Source: Isoptericola halotolerans
GTDB taxonomy: Bacteria; Actinomycetota; Actinomycetes; Actinomycetales; Cellulomonadaceae
Assembly (NCBI RefSeq): GCF_013149785.1
Contig: NZ_JABEZU010000002.1
Location: 372,001-436,000 of the forward strand
DNA length: 64,000 nucleotides
Reading direction: 5' to 3'
Shown here: one piece after another, positions 39,233 through 47,189 of the stretch
Numbering within the stretch: position 1 is the first letter of the stretch
Layout of the letters: every line of letters starts with the position of its first letter
Notes under the pieces: generated by a model
What the model was told of the DNA's origin: nothing
What the model saw: only the letters and a program-made list of their open reading frames with translations
Database searches by the model: none
Position numbers and translations under genes: made by a program

Positions 39233-42200
39233 GCGCGCTGCGCCGTCGGCTCCTCGGGCTGGTCGCCCTGCTGGCGATCGTGGGCATCATCGTCGGGCTG
39301 CCCGTCGTGCTGCTCGCGCTGGGCGCGAACCCGCTCGACATGGGGGTGCCCTCGTGGGACGAGGTGACGCGGGCGCTCACCTCGCCCGACGACGGGACGT
39401 TCGCCGTCGGGCTGATCAAGGTGGTCGCCTGGCTCGCGTGGGCGTTCCTCACCGTGTCCCTGCTGGTGGAGATCCTCTCCCGGCTGCGTGGGGTGCGGGT
39501 GCCGCGGCTGCCGGGTCTGCGGTGGCCGCAGACGGCGGCACGCGGGTTGGTCGGGGCCGCGATCCTGCTGTTCGTCGCCGTGCCGTCGGTGAACGTCGCC
39601 CATGCGGCACCGGCCCCGGACCACGTCTCGGTCGCGGTGGAGCAAGCAGCCGAGCAGGCGGCGGAGCAACGAGCCGCCGAGGCGGCGGCCGAGGCGGTGC
39701 GGCACGAGGTCGCCGCGGTCGAGGAGGCGGCTCCCGAGAGCCAAGCTCCCTCCACCACCACGCACACCGTGCGGCAGGGCGAGTCCCTGTGGTCCATCGC
39801 CGAGTCCAAGCTCGGTGACGGACACCGGTTCGGGGAGATCGTCGAGCTGAACGCCGACCTGCTCGGCGGCCAGGCCTCCTTCCTCTCCGTCGGCTGGGAG
39901 CTGACCATCCCCGTCGACGGCGCCGCACCCAGCGCCGACGCGGACGGGGGCGCCGAGGCGAAGAGTGTCACGGTCGTCCGCGGCGACACCCTGTCCCAGA
40001 TCGCCCAGGACGAGCTGGGCGACGCCTCGCGCTACCCGGAGATCTTCGAGGCGTCCCGCGGCATCGAGCAGCCCGGTGGTGCCCGGTTGAGCAACCCGGA
40101 CGTCATCGACGTCGGCTGGACGGTGCAGGTGCCGGGAACCGAGGCGTCCGCACCGGTCGAGGCCGTCCACGAGGAGCGGGTCGAGCCTCCGGCGGACGTG
40201 CCGGTCGAAGAACCTGCCGGCGGACACGTGGTGGCCGACGGCGGTGCTGCCGCAGCCCAGAGCGGTGCGGTCGGCGCTCCCGGTCTGGCCGGCGTCGGCG
40301 CGGCGGCCGGCGGGTCCTCGACGTCGACGGCGTCGCCAGAACGTTCGATGTCGGCGGACCCTGCCACCGACCAGACGCACGCCGAGCAGCACGTGCTGCG
40401 TTCCGCCGCCGGGGTGGGGGCGATCCTGGGCGCCGGCATCCTCGCGCTGGTCACGGCGCGCCGTCGGACCCTGCACCGCCTCCGCCGACCCGGGCAGCGG
40501 GTGCCGGCAGCGCCCGCCGAGCTGTTGGAGGCCGAGGCGGACCTGTGCACGACGGCGGCGCCGCTGTCGGTCGAGACGGTCGACGTCGCGCTGCGGTCGC
40601 TCGCGCGGTCCTGCGCCGCGGCGGGCGCGCCGCTCCCGCCGGTGCGGGCCGGGCGGCTGACGGCGACGGCGTTCGACCTCTACCTCACCGAGCCCGCCTC
40701 GCTGCCCGCACCGTGGGTCGGCAGCTTCGACGGGACCGTGTGGCGGATCGACGCCGAGCGGGCGCGGCAGCTGCCCGTGGGCCGCGGGATCCCGGCGCCC
40801 TGCCCCACCCTGGTGACGGCGGGTCACGACGACGACGGGCACCTGTTCCTGAACCTCGAGCAGCTCGGTGGCCTGAGCGTCGCCGGCGACGAGACCGCAC
40901 GGCGCGAGGTGCTCGGCGCGATCGCCGTCGAGCTGGCGACGTCGCCGTGGGCCGACGACCTCCAGGTGACCGTGGTCGGCGGCTTCGACGACCTGGAGCG
41001 TCACCTGCAGACCGGTCGTGTCCGGGCGGCCCGTTCCGTGGAACGGGTCCTGGACGAGCTCACCGAGCGGGTCGCGCGTGACCGGCGGGCCCTCGCCGCG
41101 GCCGGTGCCACGGACGTGGGGCAGGCCCGCTCGGCGGGAGTGGCCCCGGACGCCTGGACGCCCGAGGTCGTCCTGGTGATGGACGACCTCACCGACGCTC
41201 AGCGCGAGCAGCTCGACGCGCTCGTGTCGAGCCCGCGCGTCGCGGTGTCGGTGGTGGCCACCGACACCCTCGGCAGCCCGTGGCGCCTCGACCTGGGTGC
41301 CGGCGGCACCCGCGAGCACGCTGTTCTTGCACCGATCGGGTTCGAGCTGCGGCCCCAGCGGCTGCCCACCGACCGGTACGGGCACCTGCTGAGCCTCGTG
41401 CGCGCGACCGGCCTGGACGCGCTGCAGGGGACGCCGGTGCGCGAACCCAGCCTGGCCGAGGTCGAGACGATCGTCCCGGTCGAGGAGCCCGACGACGTCG
41501 ACCCGGACGCGGGCACCTGGGACACGGACCCGGATGCGACGCACGTCGCCGGCCGGGCGGTCACCGTGCCTGACGACGTCACCCGCGCCCGGACCACCCC
41601 TCGGGGGGTGGAGCAGACCGGCCTGCGCGCGCCTCGCGTGACCGTGCTGGGCCCCGTCGACGTGCTCGACGCGGGCGGCAGCGTCGCTCCCGGGGACCGG
41701 GCGCGCCTGCTGGAGCTCGCGACGTACCTCACCCTGCACCCCGGCACCACGCCGCAGAACCCGACCGAGCTGTCGAAGCTGCGCCGCTGGCTCGGGGCGG
41801 CGCCCGACGGCACCGAGTTCCTGCCGCGGCACCCGGCGGGCACGGGCTACCGGTTCCACCCCGCCGTGAGCGCCGACGTCGTCGACTGGGACGGGCTGAT
41901 CGGGCGGCACCCGGCGGACGCCTCCACCGAGGACCTGCAGTCCGCGCTCGCCCTGGTCCGCGGCGCCCCGTTCGACGTCGTGCACCGGCACCGGTACGTC
42001 TGGGCGGAACCGGAGCGGCAGCGGCTGGTCGCCGAGATCGTCGACGTCTCCTACGAGCTGGCCCGACGGCGCCTCCTCGAGGGTCGCTGGAGGGCTGCGG
42101 AACGCGCCGTGGCGGTGGGACTGAGCGTCGAGCCCGCGCAGGAGTGCCTGTGGCGGATGCGGATCCTGGCAGCGCACCAGAGCCGCGACGTCGACACCGA

Positions 42201-42336
42201 GTCCCGGGCCGTCCAGGGTCTGCTGACGGTGACCGACCAGCTCGCCTGCGACCTGGAGCCGCAGACGGCGCAGCTCCTCGCGGCGCTGCAGCACCCGCAC
42301 GGAGAGTTCGACAGGATGATGGCCGATGCGTTCTAG
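39229..42336 (+). CDS. Membrane protein with 2 LysM domains and a C-terminal SARP-like (wHTH remnant + BTAD) region
   Basis: About 3 N-terminal hydrophobic helices; LysM motifs HTVRQGESLWSIA and VTVVRGDTLSQIA; TM GVGAILGAGILALV followed by RRR; VLGPV...LSKLRRWLG; LQSALALVRGAPF; EPAQECLWR; EPQT. Confidence 0.85.
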   Translation: MSALRRRLLGLVALLAIVGIIVGLPVVLLALGANPLDMGVPSWDEVTRALTSPDDGTFAVGLIKVVAWLAWAFLTVSLLVEILSRLRGVRVPRLPGLRWPQTAARGLVGAAILLFVAVPSVNVAHAAPAPDHVSVAVEQAAEQAAEQRAAEAAAEAVRHEVAAVEEAAPESQAPSTTTHTVRQGESLWSIAESKLGDGHRFGEIVELNADLLGGQASFLSVGWELTIPVDGAAPSADADGGAEAKSVTVVRGDTLSQIAQDELGDASRYPEIFEASRGIEQPGGARLSNPDVIDVGWTVQVPGTEASAPVEAVHEERVEPPADVPVEEPAGGHVVADGGAAAAQSGAVGAPGLAGVGAAAGGSSTSTASPERSMSADPATDQTHAEQHVLRSAAGVGAILGAGILALVTARRRTLHRLRRPGQRVPAAPAELLEAEADLCTTAAPLSVETVDVALRSLARSCAAAGAPLPPVRAGRLTATAFDLYLTEPASLPAPWVGSFDGTVWRIDAERARQLPVGRGIPAPCPTLVTAGHDDDGHLFLNLEQLGGLSVAGDETARREVLGAIAVELATSPWADDLQVTVVGGFDDLERHLQTGRVRAARSVERVLDELTERVARDRRALAAAGATDVGQARSAGVAPDAWTPEVVLVMDDLTDAQREQLDALVSSPRVAVSVVATDTLGSPWRLDLGAGGTREHAVLAPIGFELRPQRLPTDRYGHLLSLVRATGLDALQGTPVREPSLAEVETIVPVEEPDDVDPDAGTWDTDPDATHVAGRAVTVPDDVTRARTTPRGVEQTGLRAPRVTVLGPVDVLDAGGSVAPGDRARLLELATYLTLHPGTTPQNPTELSKLRRWLGAAPDGTEFLPRHPAGTGYRFHPAVSADVVDWDGLIGRHPADASTEDLQSALALVRGAPFDVVHRHRYVWAEPERQRLVAEIVDVSYELARRRLLEGRWRAAERAVAVGLSVEPAQECLWRMRILAAHQSRDVDTESRAVQGLLTVTDQLACDLEPQTAQLLAALQHPHGEFDRMMADAF

Positions 42337-42349
42337 GAGGAACCGGTCG

Positions 42350-42943
42350 ATGCGACACCTTTCCCGGGCTGTGCCCGCCGCCGCGCTGGCGGTGGTGCTG
42401 GCAGCGGCGCTGACCGCGTGCGGGGCGGACGACGGCGCGCCGTCGTCAGCCGGACCGGCGCAGGCGAGCCCCTCACCGTCGCCGTCGCTCGACGAGGCCG
42501 AGCGCGCGGAGCAGGAGCATGTCGAGGAGGCGAAGGCCGCGCTGGCGGAGTACTACGAGGCGTCCGACGACGTCGCGAACGACGGATACGAGGGCTGGCA
42601 GTCGCTACGCGGGTACATGGGGCCGCAGGCATGGAAGTCGGAGTCGTCGATCCTCGAGCTGAACGCGACAGACGGCTGGAGCACGACCGGCAGGGTCGAG
42701 CTCGTCTCGATGACCGTCGTCGAGTACGTGGAAGACCCCACGGGCAGCGGCTTTGAGCAGGTCCGCATCGACGTGTGCAGCGATGTCAGCAGCATCACGG
42801 TCCACGACGACGAGGGTGACGTGGTACCTCGTGACGAGAGCCTCCCTGACAGTTTCACGACGGTTTACACGTTGCAGCACCAGGGGCCCGGCGAGGGATG
42901 GCTCATCAACGGGCGCGACGCGGAGGTGGAGCAGTCATGCTGA
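42350..42943 (+). CDS. Lipoprotein of unknown function
   Basis: Lipobox LTAC, SPSPSP linker and VCSDVS motif; RBS AGGAGG. Confidence 0.78.
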   Translation: MRHLSRAVPAAALAVVLAAALTACGADDGAPSSAGPAQASPSPSPSLDEAERAEQEHVEEAKAALAEYYEASDDVANDGYEGWQSLRGYMGPQAWKSESSILELNATDGWSTTGRVELVSMTVVEYVEDPTGSGFEQVRIDVCSDVSSITVHDDEGDVVPRDESLPDSFTTVYTLQHQGPGEGWLINGRDAEVEQSC

Positions 42944-43941
42944 AGCAGGTCGTGCGGCTGGTCCTGACGGGTCTGGTCCTGAGTGTCGCGCTGGTCGCAC
43001 CGTCCGTGGGTGCCGTCGCTGACACGCAGTGCGGACCGGGCGAGGTGCCGGTTCCGGTGACCGACTCTCAGGGAAGCGTCCGGATCGTGTGCGAGCGGGC
43101 GGACGGCGGGGGTCCAGGAACGGGAACCGGAGGCGGTGGCGGTGGCGCTCCCCAGTGTTTTCTCGCCTCGGCGATTCCCGGGTACGACGGCCTGGAGATC
43201 CCGTGCGTGGACGACTTCTTCGGGGTGTGGAACGCCGGCCTGCAGTGCTACATGTCGGAGTTCACGGGGAACATTCCGAAGGACAGCCCGATCTGGGAGG
43301 GCAACGACGACGGCTACATCGTCACCTGCACGCTCCCTGACTGTGTCATCTTCGACCGGCCGTTCCCCGGCACCTGTTCGGGCCCGGCCTGGAGTCCTGA
43401 TCCGCCGACCGTCGGACCATCACCGCAGGAGCTGGCTGAGCGAGCCGTGGCAGCGATGACCATGAAGATGGGTGAGGTGGGGTCGACCCCGCCGTCGACG
43501 GAGATGAAGGCCGACTCCGTGGGGATCGTCGGGGTACCGATCTGGCTGTGGGTGGCCGATCCCGGGCAGAGCACGGTCGGGCCGATCACCGAGACGGCGA
43601 GCGATGGCGGACTCACGGTGACGGCTGTCGGTGAGCTGGACCGGATCGTCTGGGAGCTCGCGGACAGCTCGGGCGAGGTCTACCGCACTGTCGAGTGTGT
43701 CGGTGCCGACGCCCCCGGGACGCCGTGGTCGGAGGAGATCAGCGACGGTGGACGCGCCTCCTCGCCGACCTGCGGTTTCGACGCGAGTGACAACGTCCGT
43801 ACGGGTCGGTTGACGCTCACCGGGACGGCCTACTGGACGGTCGCATGGAGCGGTGGAGGGCAGGAGGGCACCATTGACATCGATGGTCTGCCCCGTTCTG
43901 CCTCCTTGGAGATCGGCGAGGTTCAGGTCATCACCCAGTGA
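42937..43941 (+). CDS. Secreted Cys-rich protein with a C-terminal beta-sandwich (family often mislabelled 'ATP/GTP-binding protein')
   Basis: Signal peptide ending AVA, 10 Cys, VGVPIWLWV, SPTCG, WTVAWSGGGQEG and IGEVQV. No Walker A motif. Confidence 0.78.
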   Translation: MLKQVVRLVLTGLVLSVALVAPSVGAVADTQCGPGEVPVPVTDSQGSVRIVCERADGGGPGTGTGGGGGGAPQCFLASAIPGYDGLEIPCVDDFFGVWNAGLQCYMSEFTGNIPKDSPIWEGNDDGYIVTCTLPDCVIFDRPFPGTCSGPAWSPDPPTVGPSPQELAERAVAAMTMKMGEVGSTPPSTEMKADSVGIVGVPIWLWVADPGQSTVGPITETASDGGLTVTAVGELDRIVWELADSSGEVYRTVECVGADAPGTPWSEEISDGGRASSPTCGFDASDNVRTGRLTLTGTAYWTVAWSGGGQEGTIDIDGLPRSASLEIGEVQVITQ

Positions 43942-44354
43942 GCTTCTCGCCAGGGAGGCTGATGCTGGTCGTCGTGCTGGTAGGCGTGGTGGGCGCGCTG
44001 TCCGGATGCGGCGCGGCGGCCCGTGACTGCGAGGAGGCGTACGTCGGGTCGATCTCGTCGGTGGAGGGTGTGGCCTCGGTGGAGGCGGAGTGCAGCCTGC
44101 AGTTCGGTGGCGGCTGGCAGCGGGTCGACGTCTTCCTGGAGACGAACGACGTGACCGAGGCTCGCGCCGTGGGACAGCAGGTGCTGCAGGCCATCGCCAC
44201 GGAGCCGACGCTCGAAGATCAGTGGTCGACACCGCGTGCCTACTACCTGCAGGACGGCTCCGGGGTATCGATCGGCCTGCGAGAGCTGGGTTTCAACGGG
44301 GTTCCGAACGTCGGCGAGGTGCGCGAGAACGACAGCACCAAGCCGCTGGGCTGA
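43938..44354 (+). CDS. Small lipoprotein of unknown function
   Basis: Lipobox LSGC; GTGA overlap with the upstream gene. Confidence 0.7.
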   Translation: MSFSPGRLMLVVVLVGVVGALSGCGAAARDCEEAYVGSISSVEGVASVEAECSLQFGGGWQRVDVFLETNDVTEARAVGQQVLQAIATEPTLEDQWSTPRAYYLQDGSGVSIGLRELGFNGVPNVGEVRENDSTKPLG

Positions 44355-44393
44355 CCTCGGGTCCGAGAGGCGTGCTGCCCTTCGGACCCGAGG
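44355..44393. terminator. Hairpin closing the tad operon (between convergent genes)
   Basis: 12-bp stem CCTCGGGTCCGA / TCGGACCCGAGG. Confidence 0.7.
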
Positions 44394-44405
44394 CGAGCGC
44401 CTCGC

Positions 44406-46133
44406 TCAGACGACGCCGCGACGCCGCAGGACGAGGAGGATCCCGGCACCGAGCAGCAGCGCGGCGGTGAGCGCGATCCCGGCGATCTGCGGGCCGGTCA
44501 CCGGCAGGCCGTCGGTGGAGTCGTCCACGACCGGTGTCACGGACTGCTCAGGGGTCCGGTCGGGGTCGTCGAGGTCCGCCGGCGTGGTCGGGGCGGGCTG
44601 TGAGGCGCCGTCGGACGGTTCGGACGGCTCGTCCGTGGGCTCCTCGGTGGGCGTCTCCGGGGTCGGCGTCGGGGTCGGTTCTGCGGACCCCTCGGCGGTG
44701 TTGGTCAGGACGACCTCCACGGCGGTGTCTTCGCGGATCTCCACGTCGAGGGACCCGTCGGCTGCCCCGGCCTCCAGACCGTCGACCTGCCAGCGGGGTG
44801 CGCCCCAGGTGACCTCGTCGATCTCGGGGAAGCCTGGCTCGGTCAGGGTGACCGTGCTGCCGGCGGTGAGCTCGTCGATCGTCTCGGTCTCGCCCACGGT
44901 CATCGTCAGGGTGACCTCCTCGCCGCCGTCGACGGCGTAGCTCACGGAGTACTCCGTCTCGGCGGGGACGTCCGCACTCCCGTCGCCCTCGACGGCCTTG
45001 GTCAGGGAGATGCTCCCGGTCGCGGCGACGGGCTCCGAGCCGCACGGCAGGCTGCCGGCGAAGAGGTAGGCGTGGGCCTCGCCGCCCCGCAGGTCGAGCG
45101 AGCCGGCGACGATCTGACCGTCGATCGGCGCCGCGCTGAGGGTGAGGTCGGCGTCCGGGGCGTACACGGAGCCGTCGACGCGGGTGCCGGAGCCGTCGAG
45201 GGTCACGGCGCCGTCGTGCTGCGAGAGGTCCCACATCACGTATCGGGCGACCTGCCCCTCGGTGCCGAAGACCTTGCCCGAGAGCTCGGTGGTGCCGGCC
45301 GGTACGGAGATGATGAGGGGGGCGTCGGCCGAGGGCAGGGTGCCGTCGGCGAACTGCACCAGGGACGCGTCGGCGATGTCGGCGTAGTCGACCACGTTCG
45401 GCACACCGGGCTCGATCGCCGACAGCACGACGCGGTCGCCGACGTCCTCGGCGACGTCGAGGCGGTGCGCGAGGTCGCTGTCACCCAGCTGTGCGAGGCA
45501 CTGCCGGACCGCGTCGACCCCGGGACCGGACTCGACGTACGAGGCGACCGAGCCGTTCTCGGTGGCGACGGTGTCAGCGCCGTCGGGCCAGGCCTGGTTG
45601 GTGGCGTCGATGGCCGGGGCGTCGTCCACGGCGGTGCGGTAGCGCGTCCAGTCGGCCCGCTGGTAGGTGTCGAAGGCCGGGTCGTCGCCGACCACCTTGA
45701 GGTAGCCCTCGAGCTCGGGACCGCTGCCCGCCGGGACACCCTTGTTCTCGACCTTGGCGAGCCCCGAGGTCGGCGCGTAGGAGCCGATGAGCAGGCGGGT
45801 CGGGTCCCCGTCGACGGTCGGGATCGTGTAGTCGGCCGTACCGGCGGCCTGGTGGATCACGGGGTAGGTGCCGCCGTCCGCCCGGACGGTCAGCTCGCCG
45901 CCGACGGCGATGGCGCCCTCGGTCTCGTGGTTGGTCAGCTGCGCGTCGCCGCGCGCGTAGACGGAGAACCCGCCGGCGAGGTCGAACGGGTCGACCTGCG
46001 TCGTCGCGGCGCCGGCGGGGACGGCGAGCGTACTCAGGGTGAGGGCGAGCCCGAGCGGGGCGGCGGTGCGTGCGACCCTGCGTCGTGTGCGGTGGGACGG
46101 GGTCCGACGGCGGTCGGGTGAGTTCACGGTCAT
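44406..46133 (-). CDS. Sortase-anchored surface protein: choice-of-anchor A-like domain plus one CnaB/DUF5979-like repeat
   Basis: Signal peptide, ETEGAIAVGG, VMWDL, GSVYAP and GEAHAYLF; then GSISLTKAVEG...LTE...LTN; LPVTG + TM + RRR. Confidence 0.85.
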   Translation of the reverse strand: MTVNSPDRRRTPSHRTRRRVARTAAPLGLALTLSTLAVPAGAATTQVDPFDLAGGFSVYARGDAQLTNHETEGAIAVGGELTVRADGGTYPVIHQAAGTADYTIPTVDGDPTRLLIGSYAPTSGLAKVENKGVPAGSGPELEGYLKVVGDDPAFDTYQRADWTRYRTAVDDAPAIDATNQAWPDGADTVATENGSVASYVESGPGVDAVRQCLAQLGDSDLAHRLDVAEDVGDRVVLSAIEPGVPNVVDYADIADASLVQFADGTLPSADAPLIISVPAGTTELSGKVFGTEGQVARYVMWDLSQHDGAVTLDGSGTRVDGSVYAPDADLTLSAAPIDGQIVAGSLDLRGGEAHAYLFAGSLPCGSEPVAATGSISLTKAVEGDGSADVPAETEYSVSYAVDGGEEVTLTMTVGETETIDELTAGSTVTLTEPGFPEIDEVTWGAPRWQVDGLEAGAADGSLDVEIREDTAVEVVLTNTAEGSAEPTPTPTPETPTEEPTDEPSEPSDGASQPAPTTPADLDDPDRTPEQSVTPVVDDSTDGLPVTGPQIAGIALTAALLLGAGILLVLRRRGVV

Positions 46134-46219
46134 CCTCTCGGTGGGCTGTGGCGGACGCCGGACGAGCCGGTCGACCACGGGGCAAGACACCGGTGGGGCC
46201 GAGCGATGACGACAGGATC

Positions 46220-46235
46220 TGTGGCTTCGCTCACT
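46220..46235. promoter_or_regulatory. CRP/GlxR-like box
   Basis: TGTGG-CTTCGC-TCACT (8/10 to TGTGA-N6-TCACA) in the divergent gap between the adhesin-like gene and the sigma factor. Confidence 0.45.
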
Positions 46236-46358
46236 CAAGATGCTGAGGGCCGGGCGACGTGATAGATGCAGCAGGTTCTCCGGATGCTCGCAAGACCCAG
46301 AGCGGGTGAAATCGTGCCCAGCGCATGCGGTTGCCCCGGGCCACGCCTAGCGTCGCGG

Positions 46359-47012
46359 GTGACCGTCCGGTCAGTGAGGACCGGTGACGAGGCGCTGCAG
46401 GGGGCACGCCGCGAGGCCTGTCGCTCCCTGCTCGGAGGGGAGTTGGCGAGCGTGGCGGAGTGGGGGGACTCCGAGCTGTTGGGCGAGATTCGCGGCGGCG
46501 CGCGCTGGGCCGCCTCGCGGCTCTACGAACGCCACCGACCGTCGGGCCTGCGCCTCGTGCGGCGGATCAGCCGATCGTTCGAACCGGAGGACGCGCTCCA
46601 CGACGCCTGGGCGAAGATCCTGCACGCGATCCGGGCCGGCGCCGGCCCCCGCGACGACTTCACCCCCTACTACTACTCGGCGATCCGTTCCGTGGTGTTC
46701 TCGCGGGCGGCGCGGGAGGCGCGGAAGGTCGTCGCGGAGCAGGCCGCTGCTTATCAGGAGGCCGTCCTGCCGCGCGACGCCACCGAGGGGTTCGTCGTGC
46801 GAGAGGCCTTCGAGAGCCTCCCCGAACGGCACCGGGTCGCCCTGTGGGCGGCCGAGGTGGAGGACCTGCCGCGCGCCCGGATCGGCGAGCTGCTGGGTAT
46901 CGACGACGGCGCCGTCTCCGCGCTGCTGTACCGCGCGCGAGCCGGGTTGCGGCGTGAGTGGCGATTGCTGACCGACGAGCGCGACCCGGGTTGTCAAGAC
47001 CGGCCACCCTAG
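46359..47012 (+). CDS. ECF-type sigma-70 factor, apparently C-terminally truncated
   Basis: Region 2 (DSELL...LYERH...EDALHDAWAKIL...F.PY) and region 4 (FESLPERHRVALW..EVE...IGELLG...VSALLYRARAGLR). The start codon is uncertain. Confidence 0.83.
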   Translation: MTVRSVRTGDEALQGARREACRSLLGGELASVAEWGDSELLGEIRGGARWAASRLYERHRPSGLRLVRRISRSFEPEDALHDAWAKILHAIRAGAGPRDDFTPYYYSAIRSVVFSRAAREARKVVAEQAAAYQEAVLPRDATEGFVVREAFESLPERHRVALWAAEVEDLPRARIGELLGIDDGAVSALLYRARAGLRREWRLLTDERDPGCQDRPP

Positions 47013-47030
47013 ATGTGACACAGGTCACAT
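47013..47030. promoter_or_regulatory. Perfect CRP/GlxR consensus box
   Basis: A-TGTGA-CACAGG-TCACA-T, upstream of the 2132-aa surface protein gene. Confidence 0.75.
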
Positions 47031-47189
47031 GGTGGCTCCCGTCACTTTCCTCGACGGGTCAGGTCTTGACGGGTGATCGGTGTCGTGACGGAGACCACAC
47101 GAGGGCGTCCGTCGAACAGGCCTTCGGGCCTCACGTGGTTCAGCAGTACCTCGACGAAGTCCAGAGTCACGCCAAGGAAAGGGGCCAGC

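Noticed and set aside
42937..43941. 'ATP/GTP-binding protein' function
   Set aside because: No Walker A motif; the signal peptide and 10 Cys indicate an exported disulfide-bonded protein.
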